IMG/VR virus record: IMGVR_UViG_3300032334_001259
Span: 186,001 to 250,000 of that record
DNA: 64,000 nucleotides
Direction: 5' to 3' (one strand)
Made by a program: the position numbers and the translations under genes. This document shows positions 29,486 to 39,526 of the stretch, in pieces; position 1 is the first letter of the stretch, and each line of letters opens with the position of its first letter. The notes under the pieces were generated by a model, which saw only the letters and a list, made by a program, of their open reading frames with translations, searched no databases and had not been told where the DNA came from.

Positions 29486-29750
29486 TATTGAGCAATACTA
29501 CGCTAAAACGATTTGTTTTAAATTGTGCATTAAGTTTCTTGCAAAGATTAATAGCATGACCAGGATTGCTAAAACTACTTTTTTTATATTTTGGTCCACT
29601 ATACTGTGCCAACATGCTTGTAGTTTTAAGATTTACTGGTTTATTGTCAAGAAAGATAGCCCAAATACCTTCACTTGCCAGCACTTGTTCTGACTTGTAA
29701 GTTTGCTTATTCGTAATTTCTAATAGTACTTGAGGCTTTGGTCTACTCAT
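29457..29750 (-). CDS. Hypothetical protein
   Basis: MSRPKP...KYKKSSFSNPGHA; TAAATA at 29771-29776. Confidence 0.6.
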   Translation of the reverse strand: MSRPKPQVLLEITNKQTYKSEQVLASEGIWAIFLDNKPVNLKTTSMLAQYSGPKYKKSSFSNPGHAINLCKKLNAQFKTNRFSVVLLNSGPIVYPTK

Positions 29751-29792
29751 AATTGATAATATCTATAGTTTATTTATCGGATCGATTCGATC

Positions 29793-30014
29793 CTAAAAAT
29801 CTTTCCCTATCATTTCTACATTTATAGTATCTGCATTTTCAAGTTTTACTTCTAAATCAGCAATATGATTTTCTAATTGCAGAACATATCCAAGTAAATC
29901 TACAAGTTCACCTTGGACTTTTCGTATTTCATCATTATCAATAATTTGTTTACCTGCGGCAACAGTTACACGATTATTAAATTCACGGATGTAATGCGTA
30001 TTAGGCGGTCTCAC
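29793..30014 (-). CDS. Small coiled-coil hypothetical protein
   Basis: Overlaps the upstream gene. Confidence 0.5.
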   Translation of the reverse strand: MRPPNTHYIREFNNRVTVAAGKQIIDNDEIRKVQGELVDLLGYVLQLENHIADLEVKLENADTINVEMIGKDF

Positions 30015-30477
30015 TATTACAAATCCTTAAACGTTCTTGCTGTTCCAATTTGGTCTTAAATGGACCTTCATACTCATATCGTTGTAGTGTAATGAGTTTT
30101 GGTGTAAACTCTGGAACAAAAGTTTTATTATATTTTACAATGTAATAACCAGCACAATAATATGAACTGCTCTTATCGTTCTTTGTATAAATTGGAACTT
30201 TAAGTTTTACATTCCATAAGATATTATGTGGTGTATGATTTGTTGGATAATCATACACCGTATTTTCAACAGTAGGTTTTGTTTCACGACTGCGGCGAAC
30301 AAACTTAATATCTTTGTTTGCAATCATTTCTTGCATGTTTGGAAATACTTCAACACTGTCTTCCATAGTGCAACGAACACCACTTGTGGTTTGCGCAATG
30401 TTTCCAATGCGCTCACCACGATCATTTTCAATAATCCAAAAGCGGTTTTCTACAATACTCTTTGCTTTAAGACTCAT
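30001..30477 (-). CDS. Hypothetical protein
   Basis: YYCAGYY, YEGPFKT; start moved to ATG 30477. Confidence 0.6.
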   Translation of the reverse strand: MSLKAKSIVENRFWIIENDRGERIGNIAQTTSGVRCTMEDSVEVFPNMQEMIANKDIKFVRRSRETKPTVENTVYDYPTNHTPHNILWNVKLKVPIYTKNDKSSSYYCAGYYIVKYNKTFVPEFTPKLITLQRYEYEGPFKTKLEQQERLRICNSETA

Positions 30478-30679
30478 TTTTAACACTTCCTTTTACCATA
30501 TCAAGCAATGAATAATATTCACCACGTAATTCAATTACACTTAACCAACCAACGATAGCTACAATACTGATTACAGTTCTGGTAGTATCAGTGCCCCAAT
30601 AGTGGACTGTATCATAAACACAAAGTGTTACAACTGCCCACGGAAGAATATTATCAATAATTTTAATTACTTTATGCAT
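30467..30679 (-). CDS. Small two-helix membrane protein
   Basis: GGAG SD before ATG 30679; two hydrophobic segments. Confidence 0.5.
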   Translation of the reverse strand: MHKVIKIIDNILPWAVVTLCVYDTVHYWGTDTTRTVISIVAIVGWLSVIELRGEYYSLLDMVKGSVKNES

Positions 30680-31670
30680 AGGATTGCTCCATAAGAGGTT
30701 TAGCCAAAATATCGGCAATGGGTTGCACATTTTCACTTAACTTGACAAGTTCCCACTTACTACAAAACTTAATAAGATGGGTGCCAATTTGACGATTGCT
30801 CTTGGGCTTTACTTGCATAAGTTCAGCATCAATAGCATCACGTATATCCTGTGGCTGTGCAGTTAAATCCACAAGAACACGATTTTCTTCATAACGGTCA
30901 AGCACACGATGTTCTACACCTTCATGGTCAGTCCAACGTTGTAACATCATATTATTCCATGCCCAACCACGTTTATCACGGTCAGCAAATGCTTCTACAA
31001 GACCAACTTTTTTAGCACTGCCTTTGGTGCGAACACCAGGATATGCAGTCATAATGTTATCAGTTGGGTCACCACGCATACATTTTTCAAACAACACAAA
31101 CTTTGGATCACCAACAGTCTTGTGTTCTTTGGTTTTATTATCAACAACTGGTTTACCATTATCATCAAAATATCCATCAGTTGTAATATAATGGTTAACT
31201 AAACCATTGTAAATGCTGACGTTTTTTTCAAGTAATTGATGAAAGTCACTGTCATTGCTTAAGATGATGTGTTCATCTTGCGGATGTAATGCAATCCAAC
31301 GTGCAATAATATCATCTGCTTCTGCACGTTCAACTCTAATAACACTACAGTTTGTCTTTTCATTTACCCATGAGGTAAAATCGCCATAGGCTTTCCAAAA
31401 CTCTGCATCTTCTTCTGCTTCACGTACTGTCATTTTACCCTTAATAACTGCACGGTTTGCTTTGTATGTGAGTTTATGATCCTTACGCCAACTACGAGCC
31501 TCAAGTGCAAAAATAACATGGTCAGGCTTGTGCAAACGATTTACCTTTTGGATCACATTAAACATAATGTGCAAGGCAAGCCCAATCTTTTGCCACGTAT
31601 CAGTTCCACGATTGGTGGAATGACGTGCACGTGCAAACAGGTTAGCTGTATCTACAAGAAGATATTTCAT
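30672..31670 (-). CDS. rnh: T4-type RNase H / 5'-3' exonuclease (FEN family)
   Basis: LVDTAN, EADDIIA, SNDSDFHQL, GDPTDNI. Confidence 0.88.
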   Translation of the reverse strand: MKYLLVDTANLFARARHSTNRGTDTWQKIGLALHIMFNVIQKVNRLHKPDHVIFALEARSWRKDHKLTYKANRAVIKGKMTVREAEEDAEFWKAYGDFTSWVNEKTNCSVIRVERAEADDIIARWIALHPQDEHIILSNDSDFHQLLEKNVSIYNGLVNHYITTDGYFDDNGKPVVDNKTKEHKTVGDPKFVLFEKCMRGDPTDNIMTAYPGVRTKGSAKKVGLVEAFADRDKRGWAWNNMMLQRWTDHEGVEHRVLDRYEENRVLVDLTAQPQDIRDAIDAELMQVKPKSNRQIGTHLIKFCSKWELVKLSENVQPIADILAKPLMEQSYA

Positions 31671-31679
31671 AATAACCTT

Positions 31680-31708
31680 AATATAATGTATGGACTTTAA
31701 TTTGTCAA
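31680..31708 (-). promoter_or_regulatory. Sigma70-type promoter TTGACA-17-TATATT
   Basis: Directly upstream of rnh. Confidence 0.65.
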
Positions 31709-31711
31709 GGG

Positions 31712-32143
31712 TTATTTTATTTCAGTGCGACCATCACCAAGATTAGTTCTGGTAACATACCGAGTGTTATCTAAATTGGGGGGATTTTGTTCGTTGGTGC
31801 GTATGATATTACGTGCCACATCATTAAGCCAAGCATCAACAAGGTCTTCGGGATTGATACCACGATAACCATTTTCACGCAGCATTTCAATAAACTCTGC
31901 GTTCCAATCAAGTTCCATACTACCCATACTTGGATTTTTTGGATCAAAGTCAAATCCAAGCACGGATACACGTGGTTCTACTTTTACAGGTTTTTCTTTT
32001 TTTACACGAGGTTTTTTAGGTTTTGGTTCTGGTTTAGTTTTAGTAACGGCTGGTGGTGCGCTTTCTGTTTGCACAGTAGAGGCGTCAGCGGTTTTGTTAT
32101 TTGTATTAGTTAATGTTTCTATAATTTTATTAAAGATTTTCAT
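31712..32143 (-). CDS. Hypothetical protein
   Basis: Pro/Lys-rich linker followed by ELDWNAEF domain. Confidence 0.6.
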   Translation of the reverse strand: MKIFNKIIETLTNTNNKTADASTVQTESAPPAVTKTKPEPKPKKPRVKKEKPVKVEPRVSVLGFDFDPKNPSMGSMELDWNAEFIEMLRENGYRGINPEDLVDAWLNDVARNIIRTNEQNPPNLDNTRYVTRTNLGDGRTEIK

Positions 32144-32451
32144 TGACACACTGTTTGAAATACTGGACGACCATAAATGTCACGCCCAGCAAAGTAACGG
32201 TTACATACTGGTTGATAATATGGATCGTAATAAGGTTGCTGTTGATAATATTGTGGTTGGTTCATGCTGTTGAGCATACCACCAATGATAAGACCGCCAA
32301 CAAGTCCACCAAATAGAGCAGCACCAGCGTCACCGCCACCGCCACGATAGTATCCGCCACCACCATGATGGTGATGACCGTTCCAATCAGCATAAGATAC
32401 TGATGGCATTAAAGTAGCAGTTACTAATATAGCAGCAATAATCTTACGCAT
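32140..32451 (-). CDS. Small secreted/membrane glycine-rich protein
   Basis: Signal peptide MRKIIAAILVTATLMPSVSYA, His/Gly run, glycine zipper GAALFGGLVGGLIIGG, two Cys; GGAG SD. Confidence 0.65.
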   Translation of the reverse strand: MRKIIAAILVTATLMPSVSYADWNGHHHHGGGGYYRGGGGDAGAALFGGLVGGLIIGGMLNSMNQPQYYQQQPYYDPYYQPVCNRYFAGRDIYGRPVFQTVCQ

Positions 32452-32470
32452 GGTTTTCTCCATATAACCC

Positions 32471-32499
32471 TTTATACTACGGTATTTAATATCTGTCAA
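32471..32499 (-). promoter_or_regulatory. Sigma70-type promoter TTGACA-17-TATAAA
   Basis: Upstream of ATGGAGAAAACC-ATG. Confidence 0.6.
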
Positions 32500-32502
32500 G
32501 TA

Positions 32503-32736
32503 CTAATTTAGATAAGGACGATGTTTTGCCTCAAATTCTTTTATAAATTTAGCGGCACTTGGATGTAGGACAATTTTCTCATTTTCCAAGTCTTCTGGCA
32601 ATTCAGCCCCAAGATATTCATATATTTCACGTGCCTCTACGTATTTTTTACCGTTTTTAGTTTGTTCCTGAATATATTTTAACATAAAATATTCAATTTC
32701 TTCTTGGTCAAGTTCAAGTTCTTCTTGGCTATTCAT
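32503..32736 (-). CDS. Hypothetical protein
   Basis: Overlapping small ORF. Confidence 0.5.
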   Translation of the reverse strand: MNSQEELELDQEEIEYFMLKYIQEQTKNGKKYVEAREIYEYLGAELPEDLENEKIVLHPSAAKFIKEFEAKHRPYLN

Positions 32737-32989
32737 TTGTCACCTGCAATAGTGTTAGGTAGGTTTTCCATGCTTCTTCAAGAGATGGATGCTGTTTTTG
32801 AAGTTCTTTTTGTTTAGCGTAAGAAATGTTAAAAAACGCACTGTCATTAGTTTCTAACAATGCGTTTTCAACCCATTTTTTTATATTATTCCTACGAGCA
32901 TCATGAAAATCTTGCCATCCTGCACTATCACGTGGAATAGCCCGTCCAGTATCATACTCAAAATCGTATTCGTATTGAGTGCTGCTCAC
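32729..32989 (-). CDS. Hypothetical protein
   Basis: C-terminal HPSLEEAWKTYLTLL resembles the end of 40245..40658. Confidence 0.5.
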   Translation of the reverse strand: MSSTQYEYDFEYDTGRAIPRDSAGWQDFHDARRNNIKKWVENALLETNDSAFFNISYAKQKELQKQHPSLEEAWKTYLTLLQVTNE

Positions 32990-33300
32990 CTGTTACTTAT
33001 CACATATTGCGTAACGATTTCAGTAAGTTCAGCACCAAGAGTTTCTAAACCATCTGGAATTATATAAATCTGATTGTTACAGCGATCCTTAATACGGTCA
33101 TATTTGCTAAACTCTACGATATAACCACCATTGTCAGCAAACCATAACTTGAAATCAACATAATCTTTTGATGGATGCGAGTTTCTTGTTTGATTACTAA
33201 CTGTCCTTGGTCCATCATTGAGTAAGATGTGTTGTTCTTTCTGTGCCGCATCCCAAGCCCGCTTTGCTTGTTTTTGGAACCACTTATCAAACCACTTCAT
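32986..33300 (-). CDS. Hypothetical protein
   Basis: ATGA-coupled ORF. Confidence 0.55.
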   Translation of the reverse strand: MKWFDKWFQKQAKRAWDAAQKEQHILLNDGPRTVSNQTRNSHPSKDYVDFKLWFADNGGYIVEFSKYDRIKDRCNNQIYIIPDGLETLGAELTEIVTQYVISNR

Positions 33301-33650
33301 TGGAACTGCCTTTCAATGTCATCTTCATCACACGCTTCACCATATTGTGTTTCAATAATAACAAGTGGTTCCTTACCAATATTCACAACTTGATGCCAAT
33401 TACCAACAGGAATTGAAACAGTTTCGCCTGCCTGTAAAATTGTAGTGTGATCATTGTCTTTGGCACCACTATAATTTTTTACAACTCTTGCAACACCACT
33501 TTGAATTACCCAAAATTCACTGCGCTTGCTATGCTTTTGGTAACTTAAACAATGGCTTGGCTTTACTACAAGTTCTTTTACTTTGACATTGCCAGCGTCA
33601 TGCAACACTGTAAAATGTCCCCAAATACGTTCTTCATAATCTTTGCTCAT
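33297..33650 (-). CDS. Cupin, type II mannose-6-phosphate isomerase-like
   Basis: WGHF, LSYQKHSKRSEFW, IPVGNWHQ, IIETQYG...EDDIER. Confidence 0.85.
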   Translation of the reverse strand: MSKDYEERIWGHFTVLHDAGNVKVKELVVKPSHCLSYQKHSKRSEFWVIQSGVARVVKNYSGAKDNDHTTILQAGETVSIPVGNWHQVVNIGKEPLVIIETQYGEACDEDDIERQFQ

Positions 33651-33955
33651 ATTTCTAATCCATCTTTCGGTAAAACTGGTAATTTCATAGCGGCATAAGT
33701 TGCCGCCTCTTTATTTTTAAATTCTATATGAACTTTGCCTAATCCGCAAGTTAAAAATGTAAAATCCACATTATATCTATAACCTGCTTCACCCATTGCA
33801 TTGCAGATTATACAAGCGGCTTCTACATCCTGATAGTTTGCATTAAGTGCACCACCCTCTATATAATCACCAGGATCAATCATATATCCGTTTGAAATCG
33901 GTCTTTGTGTAAGTGATTTACTTGGAAATTCAAGTATTAAACTTTTTCTTGGCAT
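33647..33955 (-). CDS. Hypothetical protein
   Basis: FKNKEAATYAAMKL; likely paralogue of the next gene. Confidence 0.5.
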   Translation of the reverse strand: MPRKSLILEFPSKSLTQRPISNGYMIDPGDYIEGGALNANYQDVEAACIICNAMGEAGYRYNVDFTFLTCGLGKVHIEFKNKEAATYAAMKLPVLPKDGLEI

Positions 33956-34176
33956 TTATATTTCAACGCATAAAAACTACAGTTTGAAGGTTCTGCAAAC
34001 CTGACTTTAATACAATTGCTATTGTCTATTTGTAAAAAAAGATAATCTTGCCCATTTACAAGATTATCTTCATTAAACCACCTTTTTAAAGTATACATTG
34101 CTGTTTGACGACCTACCCAATTTCTTGGTACTTCAAAAGCTACTTCATTATCTTTTGTAATATATGGCACTGGCAA
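33937..34176 (-). CDS. Hypothetical protein
   Basis: FAEPSNCSFYALKY. Confidence 0.5.
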   Translation of the reverse strand: MPVPYITKDNEVAFEVPRNWVGRQTAMYTLKRWFNEDNLVNGQDYLFLQIDNSNCIKVRFAEPSNCSFYALKYKCQEKV

Positions 34177-34187
34177 ATATCCATTAA

Positions 34188-34409
34188 TTACTGGACGCTT
34201 CCGTATACTTTTTCGGTAAACAATTTATCATCAATATCCCAATTATTTGGGATCTTCTCCCCACGCTTTACACGCTCATATTGCGAATAAGCATGCTTAT
34301 CCTTGCGATAAAGTTCTGCCTCATTAAAGACAAAACCATACTCCACACAAAATGCCTTGAACGCCTCAAGGTCATTGAACACACGATTTACATTTTGGTT
34401 CTTAATCAT
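34188..34409 (-). CDS. Hypothetical protein
   Basis: Promoter TTGACA-16-TATATT at 34460-34487 upstream. Confidence 0.6.
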   Translation of the reverse strand: MIKNQNVNRVFNDLEAFKAFCVEYGFVFNEAELYRKDKHAYSQYERVKRGEKIPNNWDIDDKLFTEKVYGSVQ

Positions 34410-34473
34410 TTGCTATCTTTCTGTTAGCGTTATATGGACTTGCCAGTGCCATAATTGTCAATATACAGTAAAC

Positions 34474-34812
34474 TTATAGTTTGTCAACTACTTTTTTATC
34501 TTTATTTTTCAATAACTTATTATAATGGTCAATAGCCGCCTGTATTTTAGGAATATCTTCCTTTTGAACAATTACATCATTCCAAGTTAATTCTGCTCCA
34601 AAAATGTATTTTATAGCAGCCCACACTCTCTTATGAAATGGTTTGTAATTAGAAGCCTGTATTTCAATAAAGAAATCTGGTTTATAAGGCATGCTATCGC
34701 CCCAATCATAAACTTGGATAATAACAGTATGATCAGGAGATTGACATTCACACGAAAGAAATACTTTCAGGTCATTATCATTCTTTACTGATATATCTTC
34801 AATTTTGCTCAT
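34474..34812 (-). CDS. Hypothetical protein
   Basis: CECQSPDH, KRVWAAIKYIFG. Confidence 0.55.
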   Translation of the reverse strand: MSKIEDISVKNDNDLKVFLSCECQSPDHTVIIQVYDWGDSMPYKPDFFIEIQASNYKPFHKRVWAAIKYIFGAELTWNDVIVQKEDIPKIQAAIDHYNKLLKNKDKKVVDKL

Positions 34813-35543
34813 TATTTTGTCTTTGCTGGTAATAGATATTCATACTTGATAAGACCGCTGTCAACTGTAATCTTGGCTACACCATCATCACTGAATTGCA
34901 TTGTCTTATCACCTTGTAGGTTAAGAATTGAAACTACCAAACCTACTGGCCATGCCCAACCCTTTGTAAGAGTTCCAGTTACACCGCTTTGGAATACAAA
35001 GTTACCAGCGTGAGTGGAAGCATCACCAAAATAAAACTTTAAGTCACTGCCTTCTGTTTTTGCAATAAATGCAGGTTCTTCATTATTAGCTTGTGCTTGA
35101 AATTTAAGGCGTTGAATATTACTACCAGTTGGTTCAAAAGTAACACCAAAATTAGCACCACGGAATGTTACAGTCTTCAACTTTTCGTTAATAACTTCTG
35201 TTGTCATAAAACGATAGTCGTTTTTAAAATCACCCTTTGCATTTTCAAAATGAATACCAACTGGTGTTGAAGCACCATTACGAGTTTCACGCTTTAATTC
35301 AATTGTGGCATCTTTTGCATATTCTGGAATATTAAGAATAGTATTCAATTTTGGCAGATTTGGCATACCAAATACACCAACAAAATCTGCATTCACTTCG
35401 TTGAATGTTGCGTTAAGAATAAGTGTGCGATCTTCGCTAACACTTTGAATTTTAGTTTCTTTATCATCACCTGTAATCTTGATAACATCAATTTTACCAG
35501 TTCCAAGTGTATGATGTACGATATCTGTAAGAAAGTCTTTCAT
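34812..35543 (-). CDS. DNA polymerase sliding clamp (gp45-like)
   Basis: Size about 240 aa, position next to the polymerase, C-terminal DSGLIKYEYLLPA; promoter TTGACT-17-TATTCT at 35565-35593. Confidence 0.65.
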   Translation of the reverse strand: MKDFLTDIVHHTLGTGKIDVIKITGDDKETKIQSVSEDRTLILNATFNEVNADFVGVFGMPNLPKLNTILNIPEYAKDATIELKRETRNGASTPVGIHFENAKGDFKNDYRFMTTEVINEKLKTVTFRGANFGVTFEPTGSNIQRLKFQAQANNEEPAFIAKTEGSDLKFYFGDASTHAGNFVFQSGVTGTLTKGWAWPVGLVVSILNLQGDKTMQFSDDGVAKITVDSGLIKYEYLLPAKTK

Positions 35544-35582
35544 AGATTTTTTCCTTTATGTCATAGAATAACAAATTATTAA

Positions 35583-36419
35583 TTATAAGTCAATTATTTC
35601 TGCAGTACCACCACCAATTTTATATCTTGGTTGTAGTTCACCAGATTTTCTCCATACCATGTAACTACTTTTTAATGGTTTAATTTCAAAATTGTCCAAA
35701 ACAAAACCTAACATAGTAAGTTCATTTATTACATGTTGATAATCAATGACGCTTAAATTATTTTCTATATTAGCTTGTTGCGCCCATACTTGGTCATTAG
35801 GTAAAAAATTAAAAACCCAAATACCACCTTCATAAAGCAAATCATAAACTTGTTTGCTTATATCAATAATATAATTTTCGTCAGCCTGTATAAATTCACT
35901 AAAACAATATACTATCCCAAATGATTTTTGAGGAAGAGATAACATATTATTATCAGGTATTTCATATTTTCTTAAACGACGATTTGCATAAAATGGATTG
36001 TTTAATGATGCTGCAGCTTCAATGCAAATATCATAATATCTATCTGCGATGTAGAAAGGTTCTGCAGATACACTAAATGGTAGAAATTGTCCACGACCTG
36101 GAAATAATTCTAAAGTAGGAACATTATTTGCGATATATTTTAATAATAAACTTGATAGATTAGTTACATCATATTCATTAAATTTGTTTGAATCAAGAAA
36201 AATTCTTCGTGACTCTAAACTTTGACCTTTCAATTTATTAACATAAACAGTTGTATTGTTTTTTAATATTGTTAAATCTTTTTCCAATCCTATTTCAAGT
36301 TTTTTTATTAATGTATCATATAAATCTGCAACTTCATTAAAGTATGTAGAATAGTTTTGAAAAACTTTTTTTGATTCTTTTAAAGAATTAAGGTGATTTT
36401 GTTTTTCTAATAGGTTCAT
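35583..36419 (-). CDS. Class I SAM-dependent methyltransferase-like protein
   Basis: LELFPGRG (motif I-like), LPQKSFGIVYC, LYEGGIWVF. Confidence 0.55.
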   Translation of the reverse strand: MNLLEKQNHLNSLKESKKVFQNYSTYFNEVADLYDTLIKKLEIGLEKDLTILKNNTTVYVNKLKGQSLESRRIFLDSNKFNEYDVTNLSSLLLKYIANNVPTLELFPGRGQFLPFSVSAEPFYIADRYYDICIEAAASLNNPFYANRRLRKYEIPDNNMLSLPQKSFGIVYCFSEFIQADENYIIDISKQVYDLLYEGGIWVFNFLPNDQVWAQQANIENNLSVIDYQHVINELTMLGFVLDNFEIKPLKSSYMVWRKSGELQPRYKIGGGTAEIIDL

Positions 36420-39082
36420 TAAATAAACTCAAATAAATTGGTAAAAGTATTGCTTATATTAGTTCTGTTAGTTATATCCCAACCTAACACACCAAGCAAG
36501 TTTTCTACTTTCTGACTTACAATTGTGTCTTCCATTTCATCACTATCAAATGGCATATCTTTAAACCATTGCGGAATACGTGTTTCATCTGTAGGATAAC
36601 CAATACTTGTTAATTTAAGTGGATTATCTTTTAGCTTACACACAATAGTTTTCATACCGTCAACGATTTCAATACTGCGAGTATCACCATGCATGCGACG
36701 AAGATTATTCCAATTGAGAGCGGCACGAACGTGACCTGGCATATTAGCACGACCTTCACGGCGTTCTGCTTCACCATAGAATGTTAATTTATTAACACGT
36801 TTTGGTGTTCCCTTTTCCCAACTTGGTAAGTTTTTAAACTTATATTTGAAATCACGAATTTCTTCAACAAGTGTTTCTTGGTCAACACCATCAAGTGTTT
36901 TTTTAAGAATGTCAGCAAGAAAGTCCTGAACAAGTTTTGGTGTATCACTGCGTTTTAAGTCTAAACCCATTGCTTTAAGTTTGCCAGATTTTCCTTCAAC
37001 ATCGAGACGTTTGTTTTCAAGGTCATAAATCAATACTGCATATCGTTTCTTTGTAATAAACAAACCTTTACTTGCAACCAATTCACGACCACCCTTAATG
37101 ATTTCACCAAGTTCTGGTGTAGTATGAAATGCTTCATACATAAACTTTGGAAACGTAAGGTTAACTTGTTCACCAATACTGTCATAAAGTTGGACACATA
37201 TCTCTTTGTTCCACTCCATGCGACCAGCTTCAACATCATCTTTGATAACTGGCCATGCAGAGAAATAAACAGAGTCAGTATCACCATAGATTATTGCCTT
37301 ACCAACATGGTCATGCTCACCAGTAATAAGTTGATTAACTGTAGCATCCATGTGCTTTGCAATCGTACGACCACATAGCGTAGTGCTTTGTCCAATACGT
37401 TGGTCAAAGAAACGACAACCTGCGTTAAGAATAGCACCGTATAGACTGTTCAAGTTAATCTTTTTAACCAACTGACGTTTATCCCAGAAAGCAATTTCTT
37501 TTGGGTCTTTGGCTTCTTTCTTTTTAGCTTGCAATTCTTTACGTTCACTATACCAACGTTCAAGCAAACTTGGCACAACACCTTGGCGTTCAAGGTTAAA
37601 AATAGTTCCATTGGCACTTAATGCCCATGGAGCATAATTGTCAAAAATCATATCATAAATTTGTGCTGCACTGTAAACTTCACTACTACCATTTTCCCAA
37701 TCAATGGTAATTTCTGTGCCAATTTCACGATTCATTACAGCAGTGTATTCTAATGTTGCAAACAAACCTTCCCATGCACCTGCAAATGATTTGCCTTCAT
37801 CTATGCGTTGTTTAAGTAGTGCTTCTGTCATAATAGGACGAAGTTGTCCAACGATGGTTTCTGGTCCCATATTGAGTGCACGAATAACGGATGGATACAG
37901 TGAGTTAATATCAATAGCACCAATCCAATCATGCAATCCTTTCTTTGGATATGCAACATAAGCACCAGCAACCTGTGTATTGACTTCTTCTTCACGTGAA
38001 CGGCGACTTGGAACCACTAACCCACGACGATGCGCTTCATTGATAATTGCCTGGTCTGTCACTGCAACAGCACCCATTGTAGTCTGCAACAACACGGTAT
38101 TATCATGCGCAATTTCGTTTGCCAAATCAAGAAAACGCAACTTTTTATCTAATTTGTTTAACAGTGCAACGTCCTGACGAGAATACTGAATAAAGGTTTC
38201 AAAGTCACGATTATATAACTGGTCAAGCGAACCTTCGTATGCTGTCTTGCGTTCATTGAGTTCGTATTCGCCAATAGCATCAAGGCTATAGGAATGGCGT
38301 TCTTCATAGGTATACTTGCGATATAGCACCATATAATCAAGATGAACACGACCTACCAAATCATAGGTATAACTGGTCTTGCCGTATTTTTCATATTCAC
38401 GTTCTTTAGGAAACTGATCCCATAAGCAGAAACGACGAGTATCGTCTTTGCTTAATACACGTGTAACACGATTAACGGTATATGGAATATCAAAACCTTC
38501 ACTATTCCAACCACTTAACACATCTGCGTCATCAATAAGTTCAAGGAATGTAAGTAGTAATTCACGCTCACTTTCAAACATAAATGTGTTTTCAAATCGT
38601 GCGCCAATCTTATTAGCTTCATCTATGCTCATTCCCTTTGGTGGCATGGCAAGTGTAATAAGTTGGTCGAGCCAATCCAAATAGATTGTTATTGCAGTGA
38701 TTCTGGTAAACGGGTCATCAGGAGTGCTGTAACCTTTTTGCGGATCAAAGTCCGTCTCAATATCGAAAAAGGCTGTTTGTAATTGTGGCGAATCTTTACC
38801 AAGATAATTTTCAGCGAGACAACGAAAAATTGGGTTGAGGTCACTTTCAAATATACGTTTACCTTTTTTTACTCCGTTTAATTCACGGCGTAAATCTTTA
38901 TTACTACGACAACTTACACGACGAACTGGGGTATCATAAATGCTGCGATGAGTGCCATTGTCATCTTCATAATAAAATTGATAGTTACAATTATACTCTT
39001 TATAAACACGTTTACCATCTACACGTTCAACAACATGAATGCGTTCTCGTGTTCTGTCATGGATGGCATCAACATAACTCAT
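36419..39082 (-). CDS. Family B DNA polymerase (T4 gp43-like)
   Basis: ExoI FDIETD, GWNSEGFD, DINSLYPS, KINLNSLYG, YGDTDS, KKRY; clamp-binding-like C-terminus TNLFEF. Confidence 0.97.
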   Translation of the reverse strand: MSYVDAIHDRTRERIHVVERVDGKRVYKEYNCNYQFYYEDDNGTHRSIYDTPVRRVSCRSNKDLRRELNGVKKGKRIFESDLNPIFRCLAENYLGKDSPQLQTAFFDIETDFDPQKGYSTPDDPFTRITAITIYLDWLDQLITLAMPPKGMSIDEANKIGARFENTFMFESERELLLTFLELIDDADVLSGWNSEGFDIPYTVNRVTRVLSKDDTRRFCLWDQFPKEREYEKYGKTSYTYDLVGRVHLDYMVLYRKYTYEERHSYSLDAIGEYELNERKTAYEGSLDQLYNRDFETFIQYSRQDVALLNKLDKKLRFLDLANEIAHDNTVLLQTTMGAVAVTDQAIINEAHRRGLVVPSRRSREEEVNTQVAGAYVAYPKKGLHDWIGAIDINSLYPSVIRALNMGPETIVGQLRPIMTEALLKQRIDEGKSFAGAWEGLFATLEYTAVMNREIGTEITIDWENGSSEVYSAAQIYDMIFDNYAPWALSANGTIFNLERQGVVPSLLERWYSERKELQAKKKEAKDPKEIAFWDKRQLVKKINLNSLYGAILNAGCRFFDQRIGQSTTLCGRTIAKHMDATVNQLITGEHDHVGKAIIYGDTDSVYFSAWPVIKDDVEAGRMEWNKEICVQLYDSIGEQVNLTFPKFMYEAFHTTPELGEIIKGGRELVASKGLFITKKRYAVLIYDLENKRLDVEGKSGKLKAMGLDLKRSDTPKLVQDFLADILKKTLDGVDQETLVEEIRDFKYKFKNLPSWEKGTPKRVNKLTFYGEAERREGRANMPGHVRAALNWNNLRRMHGDTRSIEIVDGMKTIVCKLKDNPLKLTSIGYPTDETRIPQWFKDMPFDSDEMEDTIVSQKVENLLGVLGWDITNRTNISNTFTNLFEFI

Positions 39083-39103
39083 TTATTACCCCAGTCTGTG
39101 TAT

Positions 39104-39132
39104 ATTATAATTTATTACTGTGAATCTTGCAA
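39104..39132 (-). promoter_or_regulatory. Sigma70-type promoter TTGCAA-17-TATAAT for the polymerase
   Basis: Consensus spacing upstream of ATG 39082. Confidence 0.55.
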
Positions 39133-39381
39133 ATTATCCGTAGATTGTAGGATACTTTCAATGATATCAAGTTCATCACGTGCCTTATCAAAGTCACGCT
39201 TCTGTGCCATCTTTACTGCTTTCTTAAGAAGATTTGGCTTAAGTTGCATTTCTTCTGCTACAGCGGCAATCGTATCATTAAGTCCACCAGTAAGTACTTC
39301 TACTTCGGTGGTTACGCTGATTGCTTCTGTAATAAGTTGTTTAAGTTTTGCACGTTCTTCATTGCTAAATGTTCTTGACAT
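39115..39381 (-). CDS. Small dsDNA-binding protein (T4 DsbA / GapR-like)
   Basis: 88-aa helical pattern LKQLITE...LNDTIAAVAEE...LLKKAVKMA. Confidence 0.55.
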   Translation of the reverse strand: MSRTFSNEERAKLKQLITEAISVTTEVEVLTGGLNDTIAAVAEEMQLKPNLLKKAVKMAQKRDFDKARDELDIIESILQSTDNLQDSQ

Positions 39382-39472
39382 GATTTAAGTCCTTTCACTG
39401 TCTAATATATATAATCTTTAAAAATAAGTCAATATAATATGTTTTGTCGTCGTAGTGTCATAGTATACAACT

Positions 39473-39498
39473 TAAATATTTGCGTACCATGGTGGTAC
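39473..39498 (+). promoter_or_regulatory. Late promoter TAAATA followed by a 5' hairpin GTACCA-TGG-TGGTAC
   Basis: Upstream of AAGGA SD and ATG 39527. Confidence 0.5.
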
Positions 39499-39526
39499 AC
39501 AAAATTCAAACCAAAAGGAACAACCC

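Noticed and set aside
29779-29793. Palindrome GGATCGA-T-TCGATCC
   Set aside because: Short, no U-tract and not repeated elsewhere; function cannot be supported
36419-39082. Intein or intron in the DNA polymerase
   Set aside because: Continuous 887-aa ORF of normal size with all motifs in order
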